Assembly: GCA_019566135.1 (NCBI GenBank) | Contig: GCA_019566135.1_3044.1 | Length of the DNA stretch: 64,000 nucleotides | From: a phage | Strand: one strand, 5' to 3' | Shown: positions 22,745 through 30,888 of the stretch, one piece after another | Layout: each line of letters begins with the position of its first letter | Position numbering within the stretch: the stretch's first letter is position 1 | Position numbers and translations under genes: made by a program | Notes under the pieces: model-generated | Database searches by the model: none | Seen by the model: the letters and a program-made list of their open reading frames with translations, nothing else | Told to the model about the DNA's origin: nothing

Positions 22745-23401
22745 ATGGCAGCACCTAGAATATCATTTTCGCCCTCTGATATTCTATTTGGTGTTCTAGA
22801 TCGCTTGTTCAAAGATAACGCTACCGGGAAAGTTCTTGCTTCCCGGGTAGCTGTCGTAATTCTTTTATTTATGATGGCGATTGTTTGGTATAGGGGAGAT
22901 AGTTTCTTTGAGTACTATAAGCAATCAAAGTATGAAACATACAGTGAAATTATTGAAAAGGAAAGAAATGCACGCTTTGAATCTGTCGCCCTGGAACAAC
23001 TCCAGATAGTTCATATATCATCTGAGGCAGACTTTAGTGCGGTGTATTCTTTCCGCCCTAAAAACTTAAACTATTTTGTTGATATTATAGCATACGAAGG
23101 AAGATTACCTTCGACAATAACAGAAAAATCACTTGGAGGATATCCTGTTGATAAAACTATGGATGAATATACAGTTCATTTAAATGGACGTCATTATTAT
23201 TCCGATTCAAAATTTGCTTTTTTACCAACTAAAAAGCCTACTCCCGAAATAAACTACATGTACAGTTGTCCATATTTTAATTTGGATAATATCTATGCTG
23301 GAACGATAACCATGTACTGGTATAGAAATGATCATATAAGTAATGACCGCCTTGAATCAATATGTGCTCAGGCGGCCAGAATATTAGGAAGGGCTAAATA
23401 A
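22745..23401 (+). CDS. t: Holin
   Basis: 218 aa; MAAPRISFSPSDILFGVLDRLFKDNATGKVLASRVAVVILLFMMAIVWY... matches T4 holin. Confidence 0.93.
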   Translation: MAAPRISFSPSDILFGVLDRLFKDNATGKVLASRVAVVILLFMMAIVWYRGDSFFEYYKQSKYETYSEIIEKERNARFESVALEQLQIVHISSEADFSAVYSFRPKNLNYFVDIIAYEGRLPSTITEKSLGGYPVDKTMDEYTVHLNGRHYYSDSKFAFLPTKKPTPEINYMYSCPYFNLDNIYAGTITMYWYRNDHISNDRLESICAQAARILGRAK

Positions 23402-23674
23402 TTATTTGTTCGTATACATCTCTAGATATCGATATACACCCTCAAAACCCTCGTTGAATTCGTCGATGAGGGTTTTCTTATCTTCTTGAGTTAATTCAGA
23501 AACAATTTTACGGAATGAATTCTGATTTAATTTTCTACCTTCATGCGTTACTCCAATCTCATTCAGAAATGCAATAAAATTAGCACGATTCTCAACAATA
23601 TCTTCTCTGGAAAATTTAATCAAAATAGACGCAACAGTAATAATTTCACGAACTGTATCAATGTTTTTATTCAT
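23402..23674 (-). CDS. asiA: Anti-sigma70 factor AsiA
   Basis: 90 aa; MNKNIDTVREIITVASILIKFSREDIVENRANFIAFLNEIGVTHEGRKL... matches T4 AsiA. Confidence 0.93.
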   Translation of the reverse strand: MNKNIDTVREIITVASILIKFSREDIVENRANFIAFLNEIGVTHEGRKLNQNSFRKIVSELTQEDKKTLIDEFNEGFEGVYRYLEMYTNK

Positions 23675-23686
23675 TAACTATACCAC

Positions 23687-23839
23687 TCAATTAGTTGACT
23701 TTGCTATAATATCATCAGACGCTTGATTTGTAAACTGGTCTGTGGTATTTTCTTCAAAAATTTTTTCTACGAATTCCTTGAACGACTCGCGTTCCTGAGC
23801 TACATTATGCTCGATTACCTTTTCAAGATTATGACTCAT
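23687..23839 (-). CDS. Small acidic ORF (50 aa, MSHNLEKVIEHNVAQERESFKEF...), coupled to the arn stop
   Basis: ATG overlaps the arn stop (ATGA); below the track's length cutoff. Confidence 0.4.
   Translation of the reverse strand: MSHNLEKVIEHNVAQERESFKEFVEKIFEENTTDQFTNQASDDIIAKSTN
23706..23735 (-). promoter_or_regulatory. Early promoter for asiA (-35 GTTTAC 23735..23730, -10 TATTAT 23711..23706)
   Basis: 18-nt spacer; 32 nt upstream of the asiA ATG. Confidence 0.5.
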
Positions 23840-24114
23840 TCGAAATAATCTTCAATTTCATAATCATGGACATAAATCATTATAGTTTTTAATACATCAT
23901 CAATACTTTTTCCTGGAGCTGGAATTACGTAAAAATATCCTGCTTTTGAGAGGTCTTTATAAGTTCCAATCAAGAAATCATTATTCTCAAGATGTAGTTC
24001 TTCAACTAATTCATTAACAATTGAATGGTATAGGTTTGGTAGAAACTTATATAGCTTTTCTAGAATATCAATTTTGATTGTGTATTGAACCACGGATTGA
24101 GAATCAATAATCAT
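23836..24114 (-). CDS. arn: Anti-restriction nuclease Arn (McrBC inhibitor)
   Basis: 92 aa, acidic; position between asiA and motA as in T4. Confidence 0.8.
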   Translation of the reverse strand: MIIDSQSVVQYTIKIDILEKLYKFLPNLYHSIVNELVEELHLENNDFLIGTYKDLSKAGYFYVIPAPGKSIDDVLKTIMIYVHDYEIEDYFE

Positions 24115-24223
24115 AGACCTTCCCCTTATGTTTCTGTTTGCGATTAGATTCTTTAAACGCTTTCTTCTTATCCATATGAACAGAAGCTTTATTAAAATTA
24201 TGTTTTGCGACTAAATTGTTCAT
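24104..24223 (-). CDS. Small highly basic ORF (39 aa, MNNLVAKHNFNKASVHMDKKKAFKESNRKQKHKGKVYDY)
   Basis: Stop overlaps the arn ATG region; GAGAGAGG SD upstream. Confidence 0.35.
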   Translation of the reverse strand: MNNLVAKHNFNKASVHMDKKKAFKESNRKQKHKGKVYDY

Positions 24224-24400
24224 AGTGCTGAATTACCTCTCTCAAACATTTGCATGTGAATGAAAACTTTTTAGCTACACCACATTCAAATATATGTTCT
24301 CTTAAATCGTGTGTATCCGTATAATCCCATCTCAACAATAAAATGCCGTATTAGATTTTTATCTTTATCATTGAGAGAATTAAAATAATCAGATTTTGAA

Positions 24401-24697
24401 TTAATTTCCCTGGCCAAATTGAATCACCTTCAGTTGACGTTTTAGCTCTTTTATCATCTCTTCGTTCATCGCAATATAAAGATCGCGTAAAGCAGGTTTT
24501 AGCATGTCATTTATTATAGAACTAAATGGACATACATAATCTTTTCCTACAAGCTTTTTAGTAAATTCCATATCACAGAACTTAAATCCCGGCTCATTGG
24601 TATAAATTCCCCAATTAGTTGACATCATTTTATTAGCGTATTCCAGTGCCTGGATTTGATTCATAATTCCATCAATTTGAAACTTTTTAATATTCAT
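24401..24697 (-). CDS. Hypothetical protein (98 aa; arn.x position)
   Basis: ORF with ATG start, coupled to upstream gene. Confidence 0.5.
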   Translation of the reverse strand: MNIKKFQIDGIMNQIQALEYANKMMSTNWGIYTNEPGFKFCDMEFTKKLVGKDYVCPFSSIINDMLKPALRDLYIAMNEEMIKELKRQLKVIQFGQGN

Positions 24698-25158
24698 TAG
24701 TAAAGGTCCTCAGAGTAAAGTTCTTTTTCACTACCACCGCGTTCAATACGCACCTGCCCAGCATAAGTTGCAATAATCATTGCTTCTTCACGTGTCCAAT
24801 AATTACTATATTGGTCAATAAACCCTTGGTCATCATCACAAACTTGTTGAGTAACTAACTGTGGTTTAACTATATCTAAAACTTCTGCCATGTCCTTAGA
24901 ATAATGACGAGCGCCTGGAATAATAAGAGTTCGTCCATCTTTTAATTTAAAACGGTTGGCTGCGCAGACAATTCGTCGTTGATACTTTTGATTTTCATCC
25001 CAATATGCAGTCTGCCAACAGATTTCAGGAACTTCTTTCAGAATATCTTCTTCTGTGCATTTATAACCATGCGCTTTAAATTTTTGAACAAGACTCTCCG
25101 GAGTCTCACGAGATAAAGGAACATTCAGCATTTTTAAACGATTGATAAATGGGTTCAT
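24697..25158 (-). CDS. Hypothetical protein (153 aa)
   Basis: ORF; no motif recognised. Confidence 0.5.
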   Translation of the reverse strand: MNPFINRLKMLNVPLSRETPESLVQKFKAHGYKCTEEDILKEVPEICWQTAYWDENQKYQRRIVCAANRFKLKDGRTLIIPGARHYSKDMAEVLDIVKPQLVTQQVCDDDQGFIDQYSNYWTREEAMIIATYAGQVRIERGGSEKELYSEDLY

Positions 25159-25484
25159 TTAAACCATCCTTTAATACGCTGCCACAAAGTTTTCTGCTGA
25201 GTTTTGTTAACACCAATTGAGCGAATAACTGGTTGAGATTCCTGGAATTCTTTATAATCAGCAAGGTAAATTTCGTAAGCTGCATCCGTAAATGAACTTA
25301 TCGCTGCCATAAAATTATTGCGAATACCTATTGGAGCATCTTTACTGTCACGAATAATCATGTATTTACCAGTCTTAATCTTTACAATAGTTCCAAGATA
25401 AGCTCCATGGTACCAAATGTCCCACCCCTCTTGAGTGGGTTCTGCACAACGACGAAGTTCATTGATAATTTCTAACTTGTTCAT
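25155..25484 (-). CDS. Hypothetical protein (109 aa)
   Basis: ORF; ATGA overlap with downstream gene. Confidence 0.5.
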   Translation of the reverse strand: MNKLEIINELRRCAEPTQEGWDIWYHGAYLGTIVKIKTGKYMIIRDSKDAPIGIRNNFMAAISSFTDAAYEIYLADYKEFQESQPVIRSIGVNKTQQKTLWQRIKGWFK

Positions 25485-25494
25485 TATTTATTCC

Positions 25495-26130
25495 TCACAG
25501 TTCAGATGCTACAGTGATTACTGCTTCAATGTTTTCTGCCGAGCGTTTAATGTCAAGATACACATTACCGTTTTTAGCGATTTTACAAGACATTCCGATA
25601 TCAGTAAATTTCTGAATATGATGTTCCATCATTTTGTATCCAAAAATTCGCATATTTCCATTATTGTTAATTTCAAAATTGCGAATTCCGTGGGTGCGTT
25701 TTTCTAAAATAGCGAGATAGTTACTGCGATAAGTTTCAACCTTTTTAAGAACAAATCCATTTTCATCTAAAAGTTTTAACATAAAGTCTTTATCTTCTTC
25801 CATATCAGAAGTAATCTCGCGAGCTTTACGAGTTGCTCGTTTTTTCAGCAGTTCAGGAGCGTTTTCCTGTGCATATAAAGTTGCTGCGTTTGAAATAATA
25901 TCTTGCGCTTCGCCTGTGATGATTAATCCATCACCTGATTTCTCTACCAGGCCTTTTTTAATCAATACCCCAATATTACTATTAACTACTGCGTTACCTA
26001 AATCTGGATGCACCTCACGAACTTCTGCGGCTGTAATGAAATCTTTCTTAGCAATAGTAATTAAAATCGCAGCAGTTTTTTCATTCAGAACATCGTTAGA
26101 AGCTTTGATGATGTAAGTTACTTTAGACAT
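25495..26130 (-). CDS. motA: Middle-transcription activator MotA
   Basis: 211 aa; MSKVTYIIKASNDVLNEKTAAILITIAKKDFITAAEVREV... matches T4 MotA. Confidence 0.93.
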   Translation of the reverse strand: MSKVTYIIKASNDVLNEKTAAILITIAKKDFITAAEVREVHPDLGNAVVNSNIGVLIKKGLVEKSGDGLIITGEAQDIISNAATLYAQENAPELLKKRATRKAREITSDMEEDKDFMLKLLDENGFVLKKVETYRSNYLAILEKRTHGIRNFEINNNGNMRIFGYKMMEHHIQKFTDIGMSCKIAKNGNVYLDIKRSAENIEAVITVASEL

Positions 26131-26171
26131 TTTCTAATCTCCGTAATTCTGTATCAGTAGTTGATAGTTGT

Positions 26172-26201
26172 ATAGTACCACAGTATGCTTTGGTTGTAAA
26201 C
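26172..26201 (-). promoter_or_regulatory. T4-type early promoter upstream of motA
   Basis: -35 GTTTAC 26201..26196, -10 TACTAT 26177..26172, 18-nt spacer. Confidence 0.65.
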
Positions 26202-26223
26202 CGTTTTGTGAAAAAAATTTTTG

Positions 26224-26253
26224 AAATAAAAAAGGGAGAGCCGAGGCTCTCCC
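26224..26253 (-). terminator. Rho-independent terminator after the gene 52 operon
   Basis: GGGAGAGCC-UCG-GCUCUCCC followed by UUUUUUAUUU. Confidence 0.7.
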
Positions 26254-26258
26254 TAAAA

Positions 26259-26408
26259 TTACTGCATGACTGTGATAACTGTCATAATAACACGTTGAAT
26301 TCCGAACGCAAGAAGACCTCCTGCTACGGCTGGAACAACACCTAAACCCGCCAGTAAAATGCTACCGGATACTAATGCAGCGCTTGTAATACCTATGAAT
26401 GGACTCAT
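26259..26408 (-). CDS. Small hydrophobic peptide (49 aa, MSPFIGITSAALVSGSILLAGLGVVPAVAGGLLAFGIQRVIMTVITVMQ)
   Basis: ATG overlaps the gene 52 stop (ATGA); terminator follows; membrane-like composition. Confidence 0.5.
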   Translation of the reverse strand: MSPFIGITSAALVSGSILLAGLGVVPAVAGGLLAFGIQRVIMTVITVMQ

Positions 26409-27733
26409 TTGATTTCCTCTAAATCTTTAGTGTATTCGGTAACTACATCAGTAGTTTTCCAATATTCGTTTTCTTCTTTCTTAGCTTTAGCTTCTTCAGC
26501 AAGTTTCTTTGCTTCGTCGGAAGTCATATGAAAAATATTCATTCCGACTAGTTTATCAACATAAGAAGAATACATCTCAATTTTAGAAAGTTCTTCGGTC
26601 AGTTCTTTACGAGTTTTACCCTGCACATCAATTTCACCTGAAATTACTTTCTTAATAAAATGTGCCTTGGCAAAGGCTAAACGAAATGCTGATTCAGTTT
26701 CTTTGATTTTGTTATCAATTCGTTTTTGGACATAAGTTTTACGAACTTCAACAAAGTCTTTAATTAAATCAACTACGTTATCGTAAACTTGCAGCTTTCC
26801 TTTCTCATTAATAACCGTAATATTCTGAGAACGACGCTCAATCAACCCGAAGTCTTTCATAATTTTTGCATGGCGTTCTTCTTCATTATCGCTCAAAGAA
26901 TATTCTTTACGGAATTTAACTTTAAAGCCAAAACCATGCTCACCACAAGCATCATCCCATGTAATGAAGCCTTTATCTTCAAGTGGGTCTAAGATTTTAC
27001 TCACATAAGTTTCACGATCATACTTATACGGAATCTCAGTGATATGCATTTGAGTTCGTGAAGTAAACTTATATGTTCCACGAATTTCATATTGCCCATC
27101 AATTTCAACGACTTCACCACGAAATTCTGGGAATTCTACCTTCGGTTTAGTTACTTTCTTTCCTTGAAGAGCTTGTAGTACAGCTTTCTTGACAGAAGAA
27201 ACACTATGAGGAAGAATGTAAGTTGCATAACCAGTTGCAATACCGGAAACACCATTAAGAAGAACAGTAGGAATAATAGGCAAATAGAAAGCAGGCGGAA
27301 TGTGTTCTTTATCTTGATGTACCGGAGCATATTCAGTATCTTTATATACGTTATAGAAATTTTTACTTACGCGAGCAAAAATATAACGACTTGCTGCTGC
27401 TTTTTGAACGGTACGAGAACCAAAGTTTCCTTGACCGTCTAACAGAGGAAAGTTATTATTCCAAGTGTTAGCCATCAAAGCCCCCGCATCTTGTGCAGAG
27501 TTTTCACCATGATGATATCCAAGGTCAGCTACACCACCTGCAATAGAAGCTAGTTTGTGAAACTTATCTTTATTTCCCCGTGCCAAATCAAGAGCTCGAG
27601 CAATAACAAATCGTTGAACTGGCTTAAATCCATCAATCATATTTGGAATAGCACGATTTTCAACCGTGTACATAGCATAAGCCAATGCTTCATTATCAAT
27701 GATACTTTTTAAATCGCGATTATTCAGTTGCAT
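26405..27733 (-). CDS. 52: DNA topoisomerase II medium subunit gp52
   Basis: 442 aa (same as T4 gp52); GyrA-like N-terminal domain. Confidence 0.93.
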   Translation of the reverse strand: MQLNNRDLKSIIDNEALAYAMYTVENRAIPNMIDGFKPVQRFVIARALDLARGNKDKFHKLASIAGGVADLGYHHGENSAQDAGALMANTWNNNFPLLDGQGNFGSRTVQKAAASRYIFARVSKNFYNVYKDTEYAPVHQDKEHIPPAFYLPIIPTVLLNGVSGIATGYATYILPHSVSSVKKAVLQALQGKKVTKPKVEFPEFRGEVVEIDGQYEIRGTYKFTSRTQMHITEIPYKYDRETYVSKILDPLEDKGFITWDDACGEHGFGFKVKFRKEYSLSDNEEERHAKIMKDFGLIERRSQNITVINEKGKLQVYDNVVDLIKDFVEVRKTYVQKRIDNKIKETESAFRLAFAKAHFIKKVISGEIDVQGKTRKELTEELSKIEMYSSYVDKLVGMNIFHMTSDEAKKLAEEAKAKKEENEYWKTTDVVTEYTKDLEEIK

Positions 27734-27737
27734 AAAT

Positions 27738-27878
27738 TTACCATACTAGTGAATGTAGTGCCATAATAACATCAGAAATGAAAAGCACGACTTGAATTAA
27801 TCCAAACATTACTCCATAATATAGTGCTATTAATAAAATAGCAAGGGCTAATGAATAGCCCAAGATTTTCTTAATCAT
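27738..27878 (-). CDS. Small hydrophobic peptide (46 aa, MIKKILGYSLALAILLIALYYGVMFGLIQVVLFISDVIMALHSLVW)
   Basis: ORF between ac and 52; ATG overlaps the ac 3' end. Confidence 0.4.
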   Translation of the reverse strand: MIKKILGYSLALAILLIALYYGVMFGLIQVVLFISDVIMALHSLVW

Positions 27879-28029
27879 TAGTAGATAACAACACAAATGT
27901 TAAATATGCACACATACCCTGAGCTAAAGCTTGCGAAAACACACTGCTGGCATCAATACAGATAGTTAAAACACATGCTACTATCCAACAAATAAATGAA
28001 ATAACTCCTAATAATTTTGCAATATTCAT
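27871..28029 (-). CDS. ac: Ac-like small membrane protein (acriflavine sensitivity), 52 aa from ATG 28029
   Basis: MNIAKLLGVISFICWIVACVLTICIDASSVFSQALAQG...; size and position as T4 ac; AGGAGA SD. Confidence 0.6.
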   Translation of the reverse strand: MNIAKLLGVISFICWIVACVLTICIDASSVFSQALAQGMCAYLTFVLLSTND

Positions 28030-28039
28030 AATATTCTCC

Positions 28040-28195
28040 TCAACTATTTTTAGAACCAATGTACGCGAATAATGATAAAATCGCTAATACGCCCTGAGCT
28101 GATGCTTGCAAAAATACTGAAGTTTCTCCAGTTATTACTGTTCCGATGCATAAAAAGAACCAACAGAAAAAGGCTATACCGTGAACAAATTTCAT
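28040..28195 (-). CDS. Ac-like paralog (51 aa, MKFVHGIAFFCWFFLCIGTVITGETSVFLQASAQGVLAILSLFAYIGSKNS)
   Basis: Tandem to ac with shared motif FxCWxxxC...SVFxQAxAQG; GAGGA SD. Confidence 0.55.
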   Translation of the reverse strand: MKFVHGIAFFCWFFLCIGTVITGETSVFLQASAQGVLAILSLFAYIGSKNS

Positions 28196-28202
28196 ATTTT
28201 CC

Positions 28203-28283
28203 TCACTGGCGTCCGAAGACGCCTTTGGTTTTAAGATTGTTACGATAGAACTGCATCACGTGTTCGTTGTGGAAATTACTCAT
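28203..28283 (-). CDS. stp: Stp peptide (26 aa; trigger of the PrrC anticodon nuclease in T4)
   Basis: Translates [26 protein letters not shown], the T4 Stp sequence as remembered; ATG overlaps the ndd stop. Confidence 0.8.
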
Positions 28284-28741
28284 TAATATGCCTGCAAAAC
28301 GAATTTAAAGTTATCAGCCAACATACGGTTCATTTCTTCAAGTGTTTGATACTCAGAATGATGATTACGAGTAAACGCCAAAGCTAACTGACCTTTACCA
28401 AATCCTGTCGTCAGAGGTTTCATCTTAGAAGCAGGCAGATAAAATACTGTGTATGGAACATTGTTATTTGCAATAGTACGTGCAAGCTGAGACCGACGTT
28501 GACGAATATGACTTAGAACTGCACTGAATCCTTGCTTAGAACGCTGATTACCTACATAAAATCGTGCAGACACGCATGGATTACTAAATGGACGACCATC
28601 TAATTTACTTACTAAAAAGTAAAATCCAGGTTTAGATAAAATATCTTTATGCGGAGTTCCCAAAAACCATTCACCACCCTTGATTGTACCAATAACAGTA
28701 GCACCTGCGTTGTTCAGATCAGTAACAGTCATATATTTCAT
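28283..28741 (-). CDS. ndd: Nucleoid disruption protein Ndd (152 aa from ATG 28741)
   Basis: [33 protein letters not shown]...; position next to stp. Confidence 0.8.
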
Positions 28742-28801
28742 ATTAATTTCCTCTAAATTATTTTCTACTCCAAGGCCGCATGAATACACACGGCCGATAA
28801 A

Positions 28802-29017
28802 TTAATCGTCGCAGTCGACGCTCAATTCCCAAAACTCTTCTACAGTATAAGTTTCAGTATCATTTTCAATACAGAAACGTTCATTACTGTTATTTGCTAA
28901 AGTAGCATTAACTGTCGGTTTCTCGCTAGTGCTCTTAAGAGGTGAAATACGAATTAACTGATCACCGTTATCTAAACAGAAAATTTCACCAACTTTTACA
29001 TCTTTAAAACTTTTCAT
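28802..29017 (-). CDS. Hypothetical protein (71 aa)
   Basis: ORF with SD. Confidence 0.5.
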   Translation of the reverse strand: MKSFKDVKVGEIFCLDNGDQLIRISPLKSTSEKPTVNATLANNSNERFCIENDTETYTVEEFWELSVDCDD

Positions 29018-29133
29018 AATTCACCTCAAGGAGTATAAAATCCAAATGCAGTTGTTGACCATCCCATCCAATACGGAAAATTTGCACCAATGTAAAACAT
29101 AAGAATATAAAACCAAATGTTTAGTAAATTCAT
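29005..29133 (-). CDS. Small hydrophobic peptide (42 aa, MNLLNIWFYILMFYIGANFPYWMGW...)
   Basis: ATG overlaps upstream stop; below track cutoff. Confidence 0.35.
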
Positions 29134-29351
29134 CATTTTACACCATTCCAAATTGTTTCAACTACGGATTTTAAACCATTTTGATGAATATCCATTCCGA
29201 CTACCGCCATCAAATAGATTCCAACTACAACTGAACCTAAGGCAAAAATCAGCATGAAAATGAATAAAGCCGGAAAAATATTATCGAAAAACCATTCAAT
29301 AAATGTAAAAGCATTGCGTTTACGCTTCATATTTTCCTCACATAAATCCAA
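29133..29351 (-). CDS. Small membrane protein (72 aa)
   Basis: Hydrophobic segment LFIFMLIFALGSVVVGIYLMAVVGM. Confidence 0.5.
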   Translation of the reverse strand: MDLCEENMKRKRNAFTFIEWFFDNIFPALFIFMLIFALGSVVVGIYLMAVVGMDIHQNGLKSVVETIWNGVK

Positions 29352-29451
29352 AGTAAACGTTTAATACATCAATCATTAAAACGATTGGGAATATACTCAA
29401 AACTATTAGTATTATAACTACATTCCATATAGCTTTAATAATCTTTTTCAT
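29338..29451 (-). CDS. Small membrane peptide (37 aa, MKKIIKAIWNVVIILIVLSIFPIVLMIDVLNVYFGFM)
   Basis: ATG 29451 lies downstream of the early promoter at 29480-29509; the track's longer ORF is a translated promoter. Confidence 0.45.
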   Translation of the reverse strand: MKKIIKAIWNVVIILIVLSIFPIVLMIDVLNVYFGFM

Positions 29452-29479
29452 TTTCTGTTCCTCCGTAGTTGATAGGGTA

Positions 29480-29509
29480 ATAGTACCACGGAAGAACAGT
29501 CTTGTAAAC
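29480..29509 (-). promoter_or_regulatory. T4-type early promoter
   Basis: -35 GTTTAC 29509..29504, -10 TGgTACTAT, 18-nt spacer. Confidence 0.6.
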
Positions 29510-29516
29510 AACTTTT

Positions 29517-29698
29517 TTAAAAATATTCGTAATAAATGTGAATACCAACTACTACCGCTGAAACCTGTGCAACCCACCATGCACAAGCAATAAGTACAGA
29601 ATTTAAAATTTTCATAATAACCTCATTACAAAAGTAAATGTTAAACAAATTACTGGAATACTAATTAACCAAACAAAACACCACCATAGTGAACTCAT
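29517..29698 (-). CDS. Two overlapping tiny hydrophobic ORFs (28 aa MSSLWWCFVWLISIPVICLTFTFVMRLL at 29612..29698; 32 aa MKILNSVLIACAWWVAQVSAVVVGIHIYYEYF at 29517..29615)
   Basis: Consecutive ATGA-coupled ORFs; very short, so speculative. Confidence 0.3.
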
Positions 29699-29958
29699 AG
29701 CTCAATCTCAGCGATTTTCATTTCATTACTATTAATAGCCGCTTTAAGACTATCTGAAAGAATTACATTCCAGTGGTCATTCATATGACCATTAACTAAG
29801 CGTGTAATTTCTTCAGGAGTTGAAAAATAAGGCTGATCAGACTCCCAATGCGATAATCCTAAGCGAGTATAAATCATGCCTTCATCATCGCTAGAATATT
29901 CAACTGACACAAACTCATCAGTTATTTTATGTTTAGCGTAATAAAATTTAAATTTCAT
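29695..29958 (-). CDS. Hypothetical protein (87 aa from ATG 29958)
   Basis: ATG 29958 with GGAG SD, downstream of early promoter. Confidence 0.5.
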   Translation of the reverse strand: MKFKFYYAKHKITDEFVSVEYSSDDEGMIYTRLGLSHWESDQPYFSTPEEITRLVNGHMNDHWNVILSDSLKAAINSNEMKIAEIEL

Positions 29959-29992
29959 TTTATTCTCCAAATCCGTATCAGTTGATAGTTGT

Positions 29993-30022
29993 ATAGTACC
30001 ACGGTCCTTGTGGCATGTAAAC
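29993..30022 (-). promoter_or_regulatory. T4-type early promoter
   Basis: -35 GTTTAC 30022..30017, -10 TACTAT 29998..29993. Confidence 0.6.
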
Positions 30023-30038
30023 CATTTTATGAAATTTT

Positions 30039-30596
30039 TTAAATGGAAAGATACCATCCGTTGTAGTTGCTTTTTCTTACAACCTTACGAAGGTCTTCTC
30101 TATCACCGATGAACTTCGGAGTGTACTGGATGACACCTGGATGAATTTCTTTAGTGTTGAATATAATTATACAGTCAGCGACTTGATGATTTAGAATGGG
30201 CCCTAGATTTATTCCAGAACCGTATGGATACTCTCCGCTGTATCCTGTCGTTACTGAAATCCATCGAGAGTCAGTTTGGTGTGTTTTAACTTCTACCCGA
30301 AGCCCGCAGTATTTTGGATGTGCTAAAACATCCCATGCATATGTATACGGATCATCGACGTCTTCTTGACCTTTATTAACATACCCACTTAACCAATCTG
30401 CTACAACATACTCAGCATACACTGCGATACGGCATCTTTCGATAACTTCTGCTTTATCCTGGTTCGGGTTTTGTTTTAAAGAGTATCTTGCTGTATCAGC
30501 AATTTTGACCTTCATTTCACTAGTCAAGTCACTGTTCGATAGGGTAAATGTCGGAATCTGAAATAGTCTCTGTAAACCCGGATTCGTTTTCTGCAT
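30039..30596 (-). CDS. denB: Endonuclease IV
   Basis: 185 aa; position between ndd region and rIIB. Confidence 0.8.
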   Translation of the reverse strand: MQKTNPGLQRLFQIPTFTLSNSDLTSEMKVKIADTARYSLKQNPNQDKAEVIERCRIAVYAEYVVADWLSGYVNKGQEDVDDPYTYAWDVLAHPKYCGLRVEVKTHQTDSRWISVTTGYSGEYPYGSGINLGPILNHQVADCIIIFNTKEIHPGVIQYTPKFIGDREDLRKVVRKSNYNGWYLSI

Positions 30597-30640
30597 TTAA
30601 ACTTTCCTTTATGTCGGAATCATAATTTCTCTTAAAACAA

Positions 30641-30656
30641 AAGGGCCGAAGCCCTT
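30641..30656 (-). other. Stem-loop AAGGGC-UUCG-GCCCUU (copy 1)
   Basis: Perfect 6-bp stem with UUCG loop on the transcribed strand, right after the stop of the 64-aa ORF. Confidence 0.6.
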
Positions 30657-30659
30657 ATT

Positions 30660-30854
30660 TTATTTGAATTGTGCGATTCTTTTCTCTAGACACTCAGCAT
30701 AAGATTTCATTGAGATGAATTGTGAAAGCAGCAGTTCTTGCTCAACTGCACTAACTGTTAGAAACTTTGCGCTTTCTAAAAATTTGCTCAGTGCATTAAT
30801 TTTGAGCATTAATTGATCGTATTCTTCTTTTACTCGTGCTTGATAACCTAACAT
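30660..30854 (-). CDS. Hypothetical coiled-coil protein (64 aa)
   Basis: ORF flanked by identical hairpins. Confidence 0.5.
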   Translation of the reverse strand: MLGYQARVKEEYDQLMLKINALSKFLESAKFLTVSAVEQELLLSQFISMKSYAECLEKRIAQFK

Positions 30855-30872
30855 AATTTTCCTTAATATGAT

Positions 30873-30888
30873 AAGGGCCGAAGCCCTT
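30873..30888 (-). other. Stem-loop AAGGGC-UUCG-GCCCUU (copy 2), overlapping the rIIB stop
   Basis: Identical sequence to the 30641-30656 hairpin. Confidence 0.6.
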
